Shown here: positions 46,208-56,439 of the stretch, piece after piece
How the letters are laid out: each line of letters starts with the position of its first letter
How positions within the stretch are numbered: position 1 is the first letter of the stretch
Virus record (IMG/VR): IMGVR_UViG_3300024268_000043
Location: 13,665 to 77,664 of that record
DNA: 64,000 nucleotides
Source: a virus
Taxonomy: Duplodnaviria; Heunggongvirae; Uroviricota; Caudoviricetes
Direction: 5' to 3' (one strand)
Notes under the pieces: model-generated
Seen by the model: only the letters and a program-made list of their open reading frames with translations
The model's database searches: none
What the model was told of the DNA's origin: nothing
Made by a program: the position numbers and the translations under genes

Positions 46208-46628
46208 CAGTTATATTAGATTCTTTCAGCTCTTTAATTTTTTCATTATTAGCAATATAAACCTCTATTTGCTTTTGCACCAAAGTATCAGCCTTCAACT
46301 CAGGATAAAGGGCAACAAGTGTCACAGAGCTTTCGGGTGCAACCTCGGTAAATATTCCACTTTCATACTCTTGGTATTGTTGCACCGTCTCTGCTATTTG
46401 TGTTTCAATCTTTTGATTTTCTTGTTCATACATTGCTATTTTTTCATTAATGACGGTAAGATTGGAAACACCAATAATAAGAGATACCATTGCTATAAAA
46501 CTTGCAACCGCACCAAGTAATCCAACCACCCCCATCGCTCCACCCGAATATTCAAAGTCGGTGTCCGTGTTAAGCCAAATTCCTATGGCTGCCATTATAA
46601 TAAAAATTATTAAAAGTAATATAATCAT
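46164..46628 (-). CDS. membrane protein with coiled coil
   Basis: Two TM helices. Confidence 0.4.
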   Translation of the reverse strand: MIILLLIIFIIMAAIGIWLNTDTDFEYSGGAMGVVGLLGAVASFIAMVSLIIGVSNLTVINEKIAMYEQENQKIETQIAETVQQYQEYESGIFTEVAPESSVTLVALYPELKADTLVQKQIEVYIANNEKIKELKESNITGDVKRWWLYFGGKK

Positions 46629-46652
46629 TATTTTTTATCCTTCCTTGCTACC

Positions 46653-46946
46653 TCATAAAATACGCTTTTCGCCATCCATTTTTGCACCGCAACCGCCACA
46701 ATATTTCATTGCTACATCGCTATCAAACTTGCATAAATTACAAGAGAAACAGTCGTGTGTTGCGATATAATCCCACATTCCGTGCCTAACCGGGGCAACA
46801 TCAGCGGTGGGACTACAGTCTACTGTCGTTAATAAAGCATTAACATACGCCTTACCTGTCACGGTGCTTTGCGCTTTGGATGTTCGCTGACACCAAGCAA
46901 CCAACTCATCCGCATCAATATATCTGCTCATTCTGCGTCCACCCAT
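46653..46946 (-). CDS. hypothetical protein
   Basis: ORF only. Confidence 0.4.
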   Translation of the reverse strand: MGGRRMSRYIDADELVAWCQRTSKAQSTVTGKAYVNALLTTVDCSPTADVAPVRHGMWDYIATHDCFSCNLCKFDSDVAMKYCGGCGAKMDGEKRIL

Positions 46947-47091
46947 TCTGTCCGTCTATATCCTGCCCACCCATATTCTGGGCCACAGAATTTTGAGCAA
47001 TTGCAATCATCATCGCAGTGGTCACACGATAAGCAATCTGGCATTTCATCGTCTGCCGTAAATATGATACGTCTTCCCATTATTTCCATAA

Positions 47092-48126
47092 CTATATTTC
47101 ATCCTCTTCTTCTAAATTTTCTATTGGTTCTATTTCATTTGCTAATATATATTCAAACTCCGCCTTAGTATCGTCACAAGGAGCAGCTTTATCGTCTAAT
47201 GTTAAATTATCTTCCCAATTCCAATAACGGATCTCCAACTGCCTCATAGTACAAAATGTCTTGAGCAAGTCTGCATTCCTTTTGGTGTTCTCTAACTGTA
47301 AACTCTTATCGAGCATAAAAGTCACTTGCTTCGGATTTAATGACATTAGCAGTTTGGCTTGTGCCAGACTCAATGAGTTGCTGCCAAGAGCAACTACATT
47401 GTTATAACCCCAAGAGTCCAAAATAAGCACCGACTTCTCTGACTCAACCACAAGGATTTCATTCTCATAGAGCGAACTGTAATTCTCCGAATACCCAAAA
47501 AGAGTCTGTGACATTGGTCCATTAACTATGTAAAGATACTTGGGTTCGAACTCTTCTGGCGTACCGTTAAGCCTTCCTTTTATCGCCATAATTTCCCCAG
47601 TTGAAGTTCTTATCGGCATTGTTATGCGTTGTGATTCTACATCGTAACCTATGCCCCATTTTCGTTGAGTACTTAGCGAAATTCCGTCTTTTAACCAAAG
47701 CAGATTTGGCGTATTGCCATACTGTTCAAGTATCTCTTCTGGGTAAGTAGTTACGGATATTTCGCCATTAGAACGGCTCAGACCGTCATATATCCCGCCA
47801 AAGAGCCCAACCTTGCGTTTGTAATTATATATGGAATCAAGATGTAGCTCCTGTTTGATAACATTCATTACATCTTTAAATGGAATATTTTTGCTCTTGA
47901 TAAGGTAGTTTATTAAGTCGCACGAGAGATTTCGCTCGTAATCTTTCACAAACAAATTCTCGTTGTCTTGCAGCCTAATAACCACCGCGGTCGGGTTCAT
48001 CCCAGGCTCAAAAGCACACCTAAGTTCTCGGTTCCGAATTCGTATCTTATCAAAACCAAAGGTGTCTAAGATATGCTCTATGGACTCTGGTTGCTCTAAT
48101 AATTTTTCTTTTACTTCTTCGAACAC
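47092..48126 (-). CDS. DnaG-like primase (Toprim domain)
   Basis: Toprim-like ILVVESEKSVLILDS; immediately downstream of the DnaB-like helicase; acidic tail EEEDEI. Confidence 0.55.
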   Translation of the reverse strand: MFEEVKEKLLEQPESIEHILDTFGFDKIRIRNRELRCAFEPGMNPTAVVIRLQDNENLFVKDYERNLSCDLINYLIKSKNIPFKDVMNVIKQELHLDSIYNYKRKVGLFGGIYDGLSRSNGEISVTTYPEEILEQYGNTPNLLWLKDGISLSTQRKWGIGYDVESQRITMPIRTSTGEIMAIKGRLNGTPEEFEPKYLYIVNGPMSQTLFGYSENYSSLYENEILVVESEKSVLILDSWGYNNVVALGSNSLSLAQAKLLMSLNPKQVTFMLDKSLQLENTKRNADLLKTFCTMRQLEIRYWNWEDNLTLDDKAAPCDDTKAEFEYILANEIEPIENLEEEDEI

Positions 48127-48166
48127 ATCTCTGACACCTCCATTCTAATCATTTTGTCGTGTAATT

Positions 48167-48195
48167 ATAATAATATCATTTTTTCAATTTGTCAA
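48167..48195 (-). promoter_or_regulatory. sigma70-type promoter (TTGACA-17-TATTAT)
   Basis: Minus-strand TTGACAAATTGAAAAAATGATATTATTAT; TTGTAAAT repeat upstream; leader motif downstream. Confidence 0.5.
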
Positions 48196-48229
48196 GGTAG
48201 TTTGAGATTTATTTACAGTTTATTTACAA

Positions 48230-49810
48230 TTATCTACCCTCAGTATTAATCAACTTGTGTGTAGGTCTGCACTTGGCGGTTTCGTAAAACGTGCAAAAGT
48301 CTCCGTCGTATCTAACCAAATATGCAACGCCAGTATCATTACTGTCTGCACCTCTTCGTGACTTATCTATAAAGAAACACCTCCAAACCTTAGTTCTGTC
48401 GGGTTGGTAGGGCTCTTCGTACCACGAACCGTCTTCTCTTTGTTTTGATCTGAATGGATGAATAAAATAAGGAGAGGACGGATCTAGCTCGGCATCTGTA
48501 ATTTTACGGAACATTATTAAGTTCGAAAGCGTTTCCTTAATTGCACGGCTCTGTGATAAACAACTAGCATCAATCCAGCACCTATTTAAAGAATTAAGTG
48601 CAAGCTGAACCGTCATCAAACCAATAACATTATACTTCATTGCAAGCGATGTCAGGTCTCTAGTATCTTTAATAAGACTCATCCAAAACGCGTCATTGGA
48701 GCCGCCATCTGTAGTTAATTTGAATGTATCTACAAGGAAGGTTGTACATCCGTCTCTAAGAATATGTCTCTTAATAATCTGACAAGTTAGTCTTGCATCG
48801 GCGTCAGATAATGTTACTATCTTTACAGATTTTGCATATTTTTCCTTCCACCATTGTCTTGCCTCTTTAATCTTTTCTTTATCTTCATATGTAAGATTGC
48901 CTGATGTTAATTTCTTTTTAGAAATCTTCCAATAATCTAAGCATCTTGTAAGTATCCAAACTAAAAATTGAATACGAACATCTGAAATCTGGGACTCGTT
49001 ACTAACCAAGATAACCTTCTCTCCCTTCGCCACAAGGCTCATAAGCACCGTAATCATATACGTACTCTTACCGGCTCCCGAATGGGCTGCCCAGCAATTC
49101 AAAGTGCCTGGTTTTAATCCAAGAATATTGCCACTCATAAATGGGAACGTAGAAATTTCCTCTCCGTTGATATTAAGTCCAGCATCTCCAAATGAAACGC
49201 CTACTTCTTCCTTGCGTGAAAGCCTCTCAATGAATTCGTCATCGAAATCTACGAAGCCCTCATCCACAATTTTGCTACTATTAATATTAGTTTCAAGGCT
49301 TGCAAGTTGTGCATTATACCAGTCTAATATTTCAGAAGAACTTAATTTTTGAAACAACTCATATGGAATAACTTTCTTTCCACTATCGAGTGTCATTTCC
49401 TCGAAGATGTTAAAGTTCTTCTTATAGAGAGACATTAAAACATTTCTCTTGTTTAATTCATCCATAAAAGCATCCATATTCTTTACAGACACAACATCTA
49501 TAATATTCTGGATCGCTCTAAATCCACCCAATTCATTGTCTATCTTTTCTTTAACATCGTCATTCACATTAGAAAGCAGAGTTATTTCATCGAAGTTTGC
49601 ACAACCCTTTTCTCTGAGTTGCTTACCAATGGTAAATAGCATACGCCCATGCTTAGTTACGAAATCCTTGCTCTCTAATCCACAATCATCATAAAAGGTG
49701 AGATCAGAGAGAAGTAATCCACAGACATTACCTTCAGTTGTCAAAGAATTTTCAAGCAACCTATGGTCATATTTCTCCATAACTCCACTAATAAATTGAT
49801 TCTTATCCAT
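48230..49810 (-). CDS. DnaB-family replicative helicase
   Basis: Walker A AAHSGAGKST within a RecA-like C-terminal domain; 526 aa. Confidence 0.75.
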   Translation of the reverse strand: MDKNQFISGVMEKYDHRLLENSLTTEGNVCGLLLSDLTFYDDCGLESKDFVTKHGRMLFTIGKQLREKGCANFDEITLLSNVNDDVKEKIDNELGGFRAIQNIIDVVSVKNMDAFMDELNKRNVLMSLYKKNFNIFEEMTLDSGKKVIPYELFQKLSSSEILDWYNAQLASLETNINSSKIVDEGFVDFDDEFIERLSRKEEVGVSFGDAGLNINGEEISTFPFMSGNILGLKPGTLNCWAAHSGAGKSTYMITVLMSLVAKGEKVILVSNESQISDVRIQFLVWILTRCLDYWKISKKKLTSGNLTYEDKEKIKEARQWWKEKYAKSVKIVTLSDADARLTCQIIKRHILRDGCTTFLVDTFKLTTDGGSNDAFWMSLIKDTRDLTSLAMKYNVIGLMTVQLALNSLNRCWIDASCLSQSRAIKETLSNLIMFRKITDAELDPSSPYFIHPFRSKQREDGSWYEEPYQPDRTKVWRCFFIDKSRRGADSNDTGVAYLVRYDGDFCTFYETAKCRPTHKLINTEGR

Positions 49811-50313
49811 TAAAACATATCCTCCAAGTCTGCTAAACTTCTACGCTTATTAAGAGATTGTGTTGGTGCTTCGTAGATAGTTTCTTCGACTACAACCTTC
49901 GGCTTCTCAACAACCTCAACCTTCGGCACAAATGCCTTAATTTTATCCCTAATTATCACCGACAAATAGCGTATACGCGCGTACTCAGAACTCTGCAGCC
50001 TAGCAATCACCGAAGTTAAGTAGTCCTTGTTTTCCTCTAAGTACTTAGCAATTTTTTCGTTATCTGCGACCTTTAGCCACACTTGCCACTCCTTGAATAA
50101 CGCCGTACTGATTATTTCCTTCTCGCCCATAATATCACATATCAAACGATACACTCTATCCTTATCTTCCTGGATTTTCTTCTTGCGCTCTTCTTCTGCC
50201 TCGAACTCAGAGGCTGAGCAAAAATATTTGTTCTTTCCATTCTTATCTGTCACCTTATACGCAACATTTGTATCTAAAGTGTTTCCACAAATTTTACATT
50301 TTGCTTTTGCCAT
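49810..50313 (-). CDS. hypothetical protein with N-terminal CxxC zinc knuckle
   Basis: ORF only. Confidence 0.4.
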   Translation of the reverse strand: MAKAKCKICGNTLDTNVAYKVTDKNGKNKYFCSASEFEAEEERKKKIQEDKDRVYRLICDIMGEKEIISTALFKEWQVWLKVADNEKIAKYLEENKDYLTSVIARLQSSEYARIRYLSVIIRDKIKAFVPKVEVVEKPKVVVEETIYEAPTQSLNKRRSLADLEDMF

Positions 50314-50330
50314 CTCAATTCCTCCTTATG

Positions 50331-50368
50331 TCAAAAGTAGGTGGCGGTGATTCCTCACCAACCACCTA
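50331..50368 (-). terminator. rho-independent terminator
   Basis: Minus-strand hairpin TAGGTGG-(17)-CCACCTA followed by TTTTGAC, directly after the stop of 50377..51639. Confidence 0.5.
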
Positions 50369-50376
50369 TGTGTTTA

Positions 50377-51639
50377 TTAAACCTCGTCGTTCAATCCAAG
50401 GATTTCCTCGATAGCATTAACATCGCTAATCTTCATCTCTGCACTTAATTTGTTTGAATAATCAACAAGATGCTTCTTAACCTTTGCCTTAGTTGTTGCA
50501 TCAGAACCCTTAAACGCCGCTCGGATTGCGTTGAGTCTATCCTCATCAAGAGTGATGATTGCATCCTCATCAACCTCTTCCTCTTCATCCTCATCGATGT
50601 CAAAAGGCACAGCATCATCGGGAATCTCATCCTCGTTTACACCATACATTTCATTATCAGTAGTCTCATCTTCTTCTGCCTTCTCAACTACTGCTCTAAG
50701 CATTGCAGTAAGGTCATCTTCTTCCTCATCATCTACTACAGGAGTAGGTTCAGGCTTCTTGGTAGTCTTCTTGGAGGTAGGCTTTTTCTTAGCGCCAAAA
50801 TCAAGCTTACTCTTCTCCATACCTTCTTCGCAGGTCTTAAGGAATAGTTCTGCAAACTCCATATCAGACATATCATAAGTAAGATACTCAGGCACTGCTC
50901 CATCTGCAAATCTCGAACCTGCATCAATCAAAGTTGTACCTCTAAAGTACAGCTTACGAATTTCTCCTGTAGCATACTTCTTTGCCTTATCTCCCTCGCC
51001 CTTGGTTTCATATGCTCTGTCAATAACACCTGTAAGGGTGGCATCAAAAATGTCGCCGAAAGCAGCTTCGTAGTTGGAGACAAGATTACTAGTTAGCTGC
51101 ATATATCCATCTTCATCAAGTCCGCCCTTTTCCTTAATGGTCTTAAACTTGGAATGTGCGATAACCCATACACCATAGCCTGCCTGAATAAACTTATCGA
51201 AGTACGCCTTAATCATCTCGCCAACATACTCGGGTCCAGCCATATACCCACCAAATGCTCCCTTAATTGACTTGGTAGGTCTATTAGGATTCTCAATATT
51301 TGAAAGACGAATCGCTTCCTTTTCAAACATGGGACACAGTTCGTCGGCGGTATCAAAGCAAAGAATCTTTACATTGCCCGGATTTTCAAGAAACCACTTC
51401 TGGAATTCAATAGCATCCTTATATGTGTCGATGTGTGCCTTGTTGAGATTATCCAAAAGCTTATAGCCCTTCTCCTTGCCACATCCAACAAGAAGTCCAT
51501 AACTAGGATCACCATATTTGGCAAGAATAGTAGATCTAAACAGAGTGCTCTTACCAAACTTCTTTACCGATCTAATATAAATGCTAAGTGTTGCCATATC
51601 AGGCTTAATTTCATTAATTGAAGGTTTTACAAATGCCAT
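50377..51639 (-). CDS. AAA_24-family RecA-like ATPase (Sak4-like)
   Basis: Walker A SVKKFGKST; acidic C-terminal region. Confidence 0.5.
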   Translation of the reverse strand: MAFVKPSINEIKPDMATLSIYIRSVKKFGKSTLFRSTILAKYGDPSYGLLVGCGKEKGYKLLDNLNKAHIDTYKDAIEFQKWFLENPGNVKILCFDTADELCPMFEKEAIRLSNIENPNRPTKSIKGAFGGYMAGPEYVGEMIKAYFDKFIQAGYGVWVIAHSKFKTIKEKGGLDEDGYMQLTSNLVSNYEAAFGDIFDATLTGVIDRAYETKGEGDKAKKYATGEIRKLYFRGTTLIDAGSRFADGAVPEYLTYDMSDMEFAELFLKTCEEGMEKSKLDFGAKKKPTSKKTTKKPEPTPVVDDEEEDDLTAMLRAVVEKAEEDETTDNEMYGVNEDEIPDDAVPFDIDEDEEEEVDEDAIITLDEDRLNAIRAAFKGSDATTKAKVKKHLVDYSNKLSAEMKISDVNAIEEILGLNDEV

Positions 51640-51674
51640 AATTACTATCTCCTTTTAATCATTCTGTACTGTTA

Positions 51675-52766
51675 TCATATTTCATCGTCTTCATTTTCAG
51701 GGAAGACATCAATATCTGCATCCTCAGGCTCATCCTTCGTAGGAGTCTTAGTTAAATCATCTGCTTCATAAACAGTCTCCTTGGCGCCGGTCGTGTATCC
51801 ACGAGCAAGGTCTGTAATTCTCGTCTCAGTCTTCTTGTCTCCATATACAGAACCGCCCATATCTCTCTGAATATCTTCAAGAGTAATAAGTCCGTCCTCA
51901 ATCATCTCTTTCTGTTCGTCGGTAAGATGCTCCTCAGAAATTTCTACCTTCTGTGCACCATTAACATAAACTACATTTACAGAAAGCTCTTTAACTGCAT
52001 CGCCTTCCGCCTTGTTATACTGTCTTGTTAAGCCCTTAGCCTTAGGGTGATCCTTAGCAATTACAAGAGGCATGGGAGTGAAGCAATTCTTCTTACACTG
52101 CTGGTCATAATACTGAGTATAAACATTGAAGAGGATATCGTTCTCGCCCTCGTCATCTACACATCCCTCAGAGAAGAATGTCTTAATAGTACCTACACAC
52201 TGAGGCTCGGTTGTAGGATCTACATGGTATACTCTTCTAGGAACAAAGTCACGATAATACTTACCGTTGTTATAACGATACTCAACCTCGCCAGTTACCT
52301 TCCATACCCAATCCTTAGTCTTCTCATTGACGGTTACCTTATCAAGCCACTTTACAAAGTCTATTGCTGCGATAAAAGTCTTATGCTTCTTAGCGGACGC
52401 CTCAATTGCAGCCTTATCTCCGCTTGCCTCAATATCCTTTCTTGCCTGTGCAATCTCCGTATCTACAGTATAGGTCTTGTAATTTGCGACACTCTCTACT
52501 ACATCGGGATTAAATCTGTCTTCCCAATTAATAGTAATCTTCTCATCTTTGCCTCCCTCGTTGTACTTAACAGTCATAACACTGTTCTTACTCGCGTGCT
52601 TCTCGTCCCACATACCACCAGATGCTTTCAGGAACTGTACGTTGTCGCCACAAGCCATCGTAAAGTTTAGCTCATTAATAAGCCACCCCGAACCAAATGA
52701 TTTCTCTACAAATGCGTTTTCTTTTCTACGGGAAATCTTTCCCACAAAACTAAATGTGTTTGCCAT
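51675..52766 (-). CDS. hypothetical protein, possible ssDNA-binding/annealing protein
   Basis: Position beside the AAA_24 ATPase; acidic C-terminal tail ENEDDEI. Confidence 0.3.
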   Translation of the reverse strand: MANTFSFVGKISRRKENAFVEKSFGSGWLINELNFTMACGDNVQFLKASGGMWDEKHASKNSVMTVKYNEGGKDEKITINWEDRFNPDVVESVANYKTYTVDTEIAQARKDIEASGDKAAIEASAKKHKTFIAAIDFVKWLDKVTVNEKTKDWVWKVTGEVEYRYNNGKYYRDFVPRRVYHVDPTTEPQCVGTIKTFFSEGCVDDEGENDILFNVYTQYYDQQCKKNCFTPMPLVIAKDHPKAKGLTRQYNKAEGDAVKELSVNVVYVNGAQKVEISEEHLTDEQKEMIEDGLITLEDIQRDMGGSVYGDKKTETRITDLARGYTTGAKETVYEADDLTKTPTKDEPEDADIDVFPENEDDEI

Positions 52767-52797
52767 TTTTTATTTTCTCCTTTTAATAATAATCATT

Positions 52798-52983
52798 TTA
52801 ATTGCTATTAGCCTTGCTTACAAGGATTGCCGTCTTAACACTATCCGGCAGATTAGACTTCTGAAGTTCTTCGTAAAAAATTTCAAGAGTGCGAATTGTC
52901 ATCTTGCAGGTTGCACGAATTCCATTTTCGAGCTCTGCCATATCCTCTTCATCTAAGTCCATCAAATCATCAAAATCAAACAT
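52798..52983 (-). CDS. hypothetical small protein
   Basis: ORF with leader motif upstream. Confidence 0.3.
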   Translation of the reverse strand: MFDFDDLMDLDEEDMAELENGIRATCKMTIRTLEIFYEELQKSNLPDSVKTAILVSKANSN

Positions 52984-53019
52984 AATTTTATTCCTTTCTT
53001 CTAATCATTTTGTATTGTT

Positions 53020-53229
53020 TCAATAATATCTTGGATCTGCGTTCACATCGTAATACAAATACAAATCTTCCGGTTTATTTCCCACCCAAAGATGATTTGT
53101 CATCTGCTTACAATGATTACATCTTACCTTTATGTACAATTCGTTCGCATCTATATCAGGCGGATCTTCTATCCAATGTAGAGTTCCACAATTCATACAT
53201 TGATACTGAGATTTTTGTTTGTCTCCCAT
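53020..53229 (-). CDS. small zinc-ribbon protein
   Basis: CMNCG...CNHCK; sigma70 promoter and leader upstream. Confidence 0.35.
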   Translation of the reverse strand: MGDKQKSQYQCMNCGTLHWIEDPPDIDANELYIKVRCNHCKQMTNHLWVGNKPEDLYLYYDVNADPRYY

Positions 53230-53279
53230 AAATTAGCCCTCCTTCCTGCTAATCATTTTGTTCCTTATCGGTTGTATAT

Positions 53280-53308
53280 ATAATAGCATAAGAAGGGCAA
53301 TTTGTCAA
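53280..53308 (-). promoter_or_regulatory. sigma70-type promoter (TTGACA-17-TATTAT)
   Basis: Minus-strand TTGACAAATTGCCCTTCTTATGCTATTAT; TTGTAAAT repeat upstream. Confidence 0.5.
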
Positions 53309-53325
53309 GAGGTTATGTTATTTAT

Positions 53326-53583
53326 TTACAATTTATTTACAATTATTATCGTCATCATCTTATCTCGCACCGTGTATGCGTTCTCATAAACCCAAAAATC
53401 AACCACGTCATGCTTGTACGCAAATAATTCTCTTCCTTTAATTATAACCCCAATTCTATGTTCATCATTGATAATCTGTGCATTGTCGCAGTCGTATTGC
53501 TGCTCATCAAACAGTGCGTGATTAATAATTACTCTGCAATTTTTATTTTGTAGTTGGTCCCATAATTCAAACGTTCTCATCAA
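53326..53583 (-). CDS. hypothetical protein
   Basis: ORF only. Confidence 0.35.
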   Translation of the reverse strand: MMRTFELWDQLQNKNCRVIINHALFDEQQYDCDNAQIINDEHRIGVIIKGRELFAYKHDVVDFWVYENAYTVRDKMMTIIIVNKL

Positions 53584-53780
53584 GTCTCTTCCCCTTTGTA
53601 TATAGATATGTGTATATTATACAACAAACATATGTTTGGATGCAATATTAAAATTATGGTAAAATTATGTATAATCTGACTATTCTGTCTTCCTTATACA
53701 TAATATACCAAATTTGGATTACACAAAGCGACGCCATTATAATCATTTTGTACTGTATGCCAAAAGAAGCAAAGGCAACA

Positions 53781-54722
53781 TTATTCAAAATATTGCCCCA
53801 ACTTATCTTGGATGATCTGAGCATACAGTTCTGATCTAATATCATACCTCTGTGCCAACCATTTTGCTCGCTCAGTTCTCACAAATTCCCTAAACGACAA
53901 CCCTGTTTCTTCCATACCAAGTTGAATGTGATGCAGTAACCCGCTTGCTTGTAGTCCGCTTGCAGTTAACCTAACGCCCAAGTCTTTTGAAATCAACAAT
54001 AACCTTCTTTGGATGAATCTATATCTGCGCTCCACTGATTGTATGTCGTTATAATCGGAGTTATCAGATAATGCATTACATCTCACCTTGTATAACGAAT
54101 TGCCAGTAACTTTGCTCACTCTCGTTGTTGACCCAAATGATACAAGTTCATCTTCTGCAAACGCCTCCATTAGCAAATCACAAATTTCATCCGTAACCGG
54201 AATGTTTTTTCCAGTTCTGAAGTACACCATCAAATGCTCTCTATCTACTTGGTTGCGCGTTAAGAATGCAACTTCTCTTAACCACTCGCCACCGGCTCCT
54301 TGGAATAACATCTCGACTATTGCTTTATCTATTGCATTCAATAAGTTATCTTTCATATTGTCAATGTCTTCTCTGCTGAAAATCAAACTTCTTTGTTTAT
54401 TAACATCAACAACCTCACTTAGAACATCTTTTGTTATCTCTTCATATGTGTTTGCTACTTCCTTCTTATGCTTATAAGCAAACCATCTTGCAGCGTGCTT
54501 CAATGCCAAATTGTTATTCTGCAACGTTACAACAGAGATGGCGTGAACGCTTTTATACATTTCCAATGCCTCTTCTGTCGTAAAGTAATAAAATGGCTTA
54601 TTGAATTTATACTCAAATTCAACCGCCCTATTAAGCGTTGCTCTTGTCGTCGTCTCTATGATAACTCTGCTTCTACCATACTCCTGTAGGAAATCTTCTA
54701 TTTCCTGTTCGTTTGTATACAC
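53781..54722 (-). CDS. hypothetical protein adjacent to the integrase
   Basis: 313-aa ORF; no confident motif. Confidence 0.4.
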   Translation of the reverse strand: MYTNEQEIEDFLQEYGRSRVIIETTTRATLNRAVEFEYKFNKPFYYFTTEEALEMYKSVHAISVVTLQNNNLALKHAARWFAYKHKKEVANTYEEITKDVLSEVVDVNKQRSLIFSREDIDNMKDNLLNAIDKAIVEMLFQGAGGEWLREVAFLTRNQVDREHLMVYFRTGKNIPVTDEICDLLMEAFAEDELVSFGSTTRVSKVTGNSLYKVRCNALSDNSDYNDIQSVERRYRFIQRRLLLISKDLGVRLTASGLQASGLLHHIQLGMEETGLSFREFVRTERAKWLAQRYDIRSELYAQIIQDKLGQYFE

Positions 54723-54754
54723 ACATATCGTCTCCTTACTTCTTTATCGATTTT

Positions 54755-54784
54755 ATTATAACACTACAAAATGATAAATTGCAA
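54755..54784 (-). promoter_or_regulatory. sigma70-type promoter (TTGCAA-17-TATAAT)
   Basis: Minus-strand TTGCAATTTATCATTTTGTAGTGTTATAAT upstream of 53781..54722. Confidence 0.45.
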
Positions 54785-54794
54785 TCATTTTGTT

Positions 54795-55781
54795 TTAGAA
54801 CAAGTTGTCGAGAACACCTTTAGTCTTTTCCTTATCCTCATTAAACACATCTACATAACGCATTGTTACGCCAATTCCGCTATGACCGAGCTGTTGTGAA
54901 ATTGCTTTAACCGGCACTCCTGCTTTCGCCAAAGCACAGGCCGAAGATGCTCTAAGTTTGTGAAATGTAACCCTTTTAATTCCGGCACAATCGCAATACT
55001 TCTCTAACATATCATTAGCATCCCACACAGACAATCTATTATAGTTTTTGGTGAAAAATAACGCCTGAGAATTAACGTCTTTATACTCATTGGACCTAAA
55101 TTCAACATACTCCATTAACATATTCTTTGTGTTCTCGCCCATAGGAATCTCGCGCACCTTCTGTCTCTTCTCAACGACCTTAATAACACTACCCTCAAAA
55201 TCAATATCATCAACATTAATATTAACTAGCGCACTCACACGAAGAGCCGTAGCAAGAGCAAGACTAATAATAGTTTTATCCCTCATTCTAAATGTCTCGT
55301 TTTGATTCTTGTCAATCGCCCTAAACAACTTATTGATCTCAACCTTTGTCAAATATGTTACTTTATGTTCTGTGTTATTCTTAGGCCTACTAACAACACC
55401 CATAGGATTCTTGTCAATATAACCCCTTTTCAGGCACCAATCAAAAAATGTATTCAATGAACTCCAACGATTCTGTAAAACATCATCGCCAGTTCTTTTA
55501 ATGCCGTTTGATGTATTCCTTGTTTCCAAAGAGATCATATAATTTTCAACATCGGATGCAGTGATATGCTTATAGAAATCTTCGGTCGGTTTTTCTCCTG
55601 CCACAAAACGTGCAAAATGCAGAACATTATTTATATATACTCCAACAGTTGTGTATGACTTTCTATTTGCTCTCATTGAAGTGCAATACTCTCCGATAAT
55701 CTTCGGCATCCCCTTCAATTTTTCTTTCATTTTTTCGTAAAATTGAGTTTCTTTTTCTAATCTTCCAGCTATATTATTCAT
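54795..55781 (-). CDS. tyrosine recombinase / phage integrase
   Basis: C-terminal catalytic region HKLRASSACALAKAG...LGHSGIGVTMRYV (HxxR...Y) and upstream conserved Arg. Confidence 0.8.
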   Translation of the reverse strand: MNNIAGRLEKETQFYEKMKEKLKGMPKIIGEYCTSMRANRKSYTTVGVYINNVLHFARFVAGEKPTEDFYKHITASDVENYMISLETRNTSNGIKRTGDDVLQNRWSSLNTFFDWCLKRGYIDKNPMGVVSRPKNNTEHKVTYLTKVEINKLFRAIDKNQNETFRMRDKTIISLALATALRVSALVNINVDDIDFEGSVIKVVEKRQKVREIPMGENTKNMLMEYVEFRSNEYKDVNSQALFFTKNYNRLSVWDANDMLEKYCDCAGIKRVTFHKLRASSACALAKAGVPVKAISQQLGHSGIGVTMRYVDVFNEDKEKTKGVLDNLF

Positions 55782-55793
55782 AATAACCTCCTA

Positions 55794-56141
55794 TTATTTT
55801 TTGATTTTATGTCTTGTGATATATTTGCGCCAAATGATAGTTGCAATAATCCAAATAATCCAATTGCCTTTAAAAATCGTTGCTACCGCCATTACAACAA
55901 TCCACAAAATTGTGGCCTCATCATTCTCTAAACTGTTGGGGTGATCACAATTAGCAAACAGATTTTCTGAATTTTGCTGCTTTTGCGCTACTTTTTCTCG
56001 CTCTCTTTCCTCGTCCCGCTTTTTTATTTCATCCAAGAATTCATTCAATTCTTTTTCTCGTTCTTCTGGCGTAAGATTTTTATTTCTTCGATACTCTGCG
56101 AGCCATTCTTCTTTGGTTTGTCCAGGCCATTCTCGAATCAT
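55794..56141 (-). CDS. hypothetical protein with C-terminal TM segment
   Basis: ORF only. Confidence 0.35.
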   Translation of the reverse strand: MIREWPGQTKEEWLAEYRRNKNLTPEEREKELNEFLDEIKKRDEEREREKVAQKQQNSENLFANCDHPNSLENDEATILWIVVMAVATIFKGNWIIWIIATIIWRKYITRHKIKK

Positions 56142-56153
56142 AGCCCCACCTCC

Positions 56154-56423
56154 TTATGACGCAAAACTATATATTGTTTGTTTTCTTGCTTTGCGCCTTT
56201 CCTTTTTCTGCTCGTGCTGCCTCCAAAAATCATGTTCTTCGTATTTCTTCAGCGCATCACACTGCTTCTTCAAGCATTCGTGACACTTCATGGTCTTCAC
56301 TGTCAAAGCTGCCTTATGATAATGGCAATACCCTACTGCTCTAGTTCTACTAATCATACTTCCATATAATCCGTGCAACATATCAATCTTGTTTACATCC
56401 ATCAATAATATAACCTCCTTCAA
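56154..56423 (-). CDS. hypothetical Cys/His-rich protein
   Basis: ORF only. Confidence 0.35.
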   Translation of the reverse strand: MKEVILLMDVNKIDMLHGLYGSMISRTRAVGYCHYHKAALTVKTMKCHECLKKQCDALKKYEEHDFWRQHEQKKERRKARKQTIYSFAS

Positions 56424-56439
56424 TCATTTTGATTCGTCA

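Noticed and set aside
45572-47089. Two sub-60-aa Cys-rich minus-strand ORFs (about 45572..45748 and about 46925..47089) not in the track
   Set aside because: They are plausible small zinc-ribbon genes in gaps between called genes, but too short to support without comparative evidence. They are mentioned only as candidates.
53654-53845. 63-aa ORF between 53583 and 53781
   Set aside because: It overlaps the 3' end of 53781..54722 and the promoter/leader region; no RBS.
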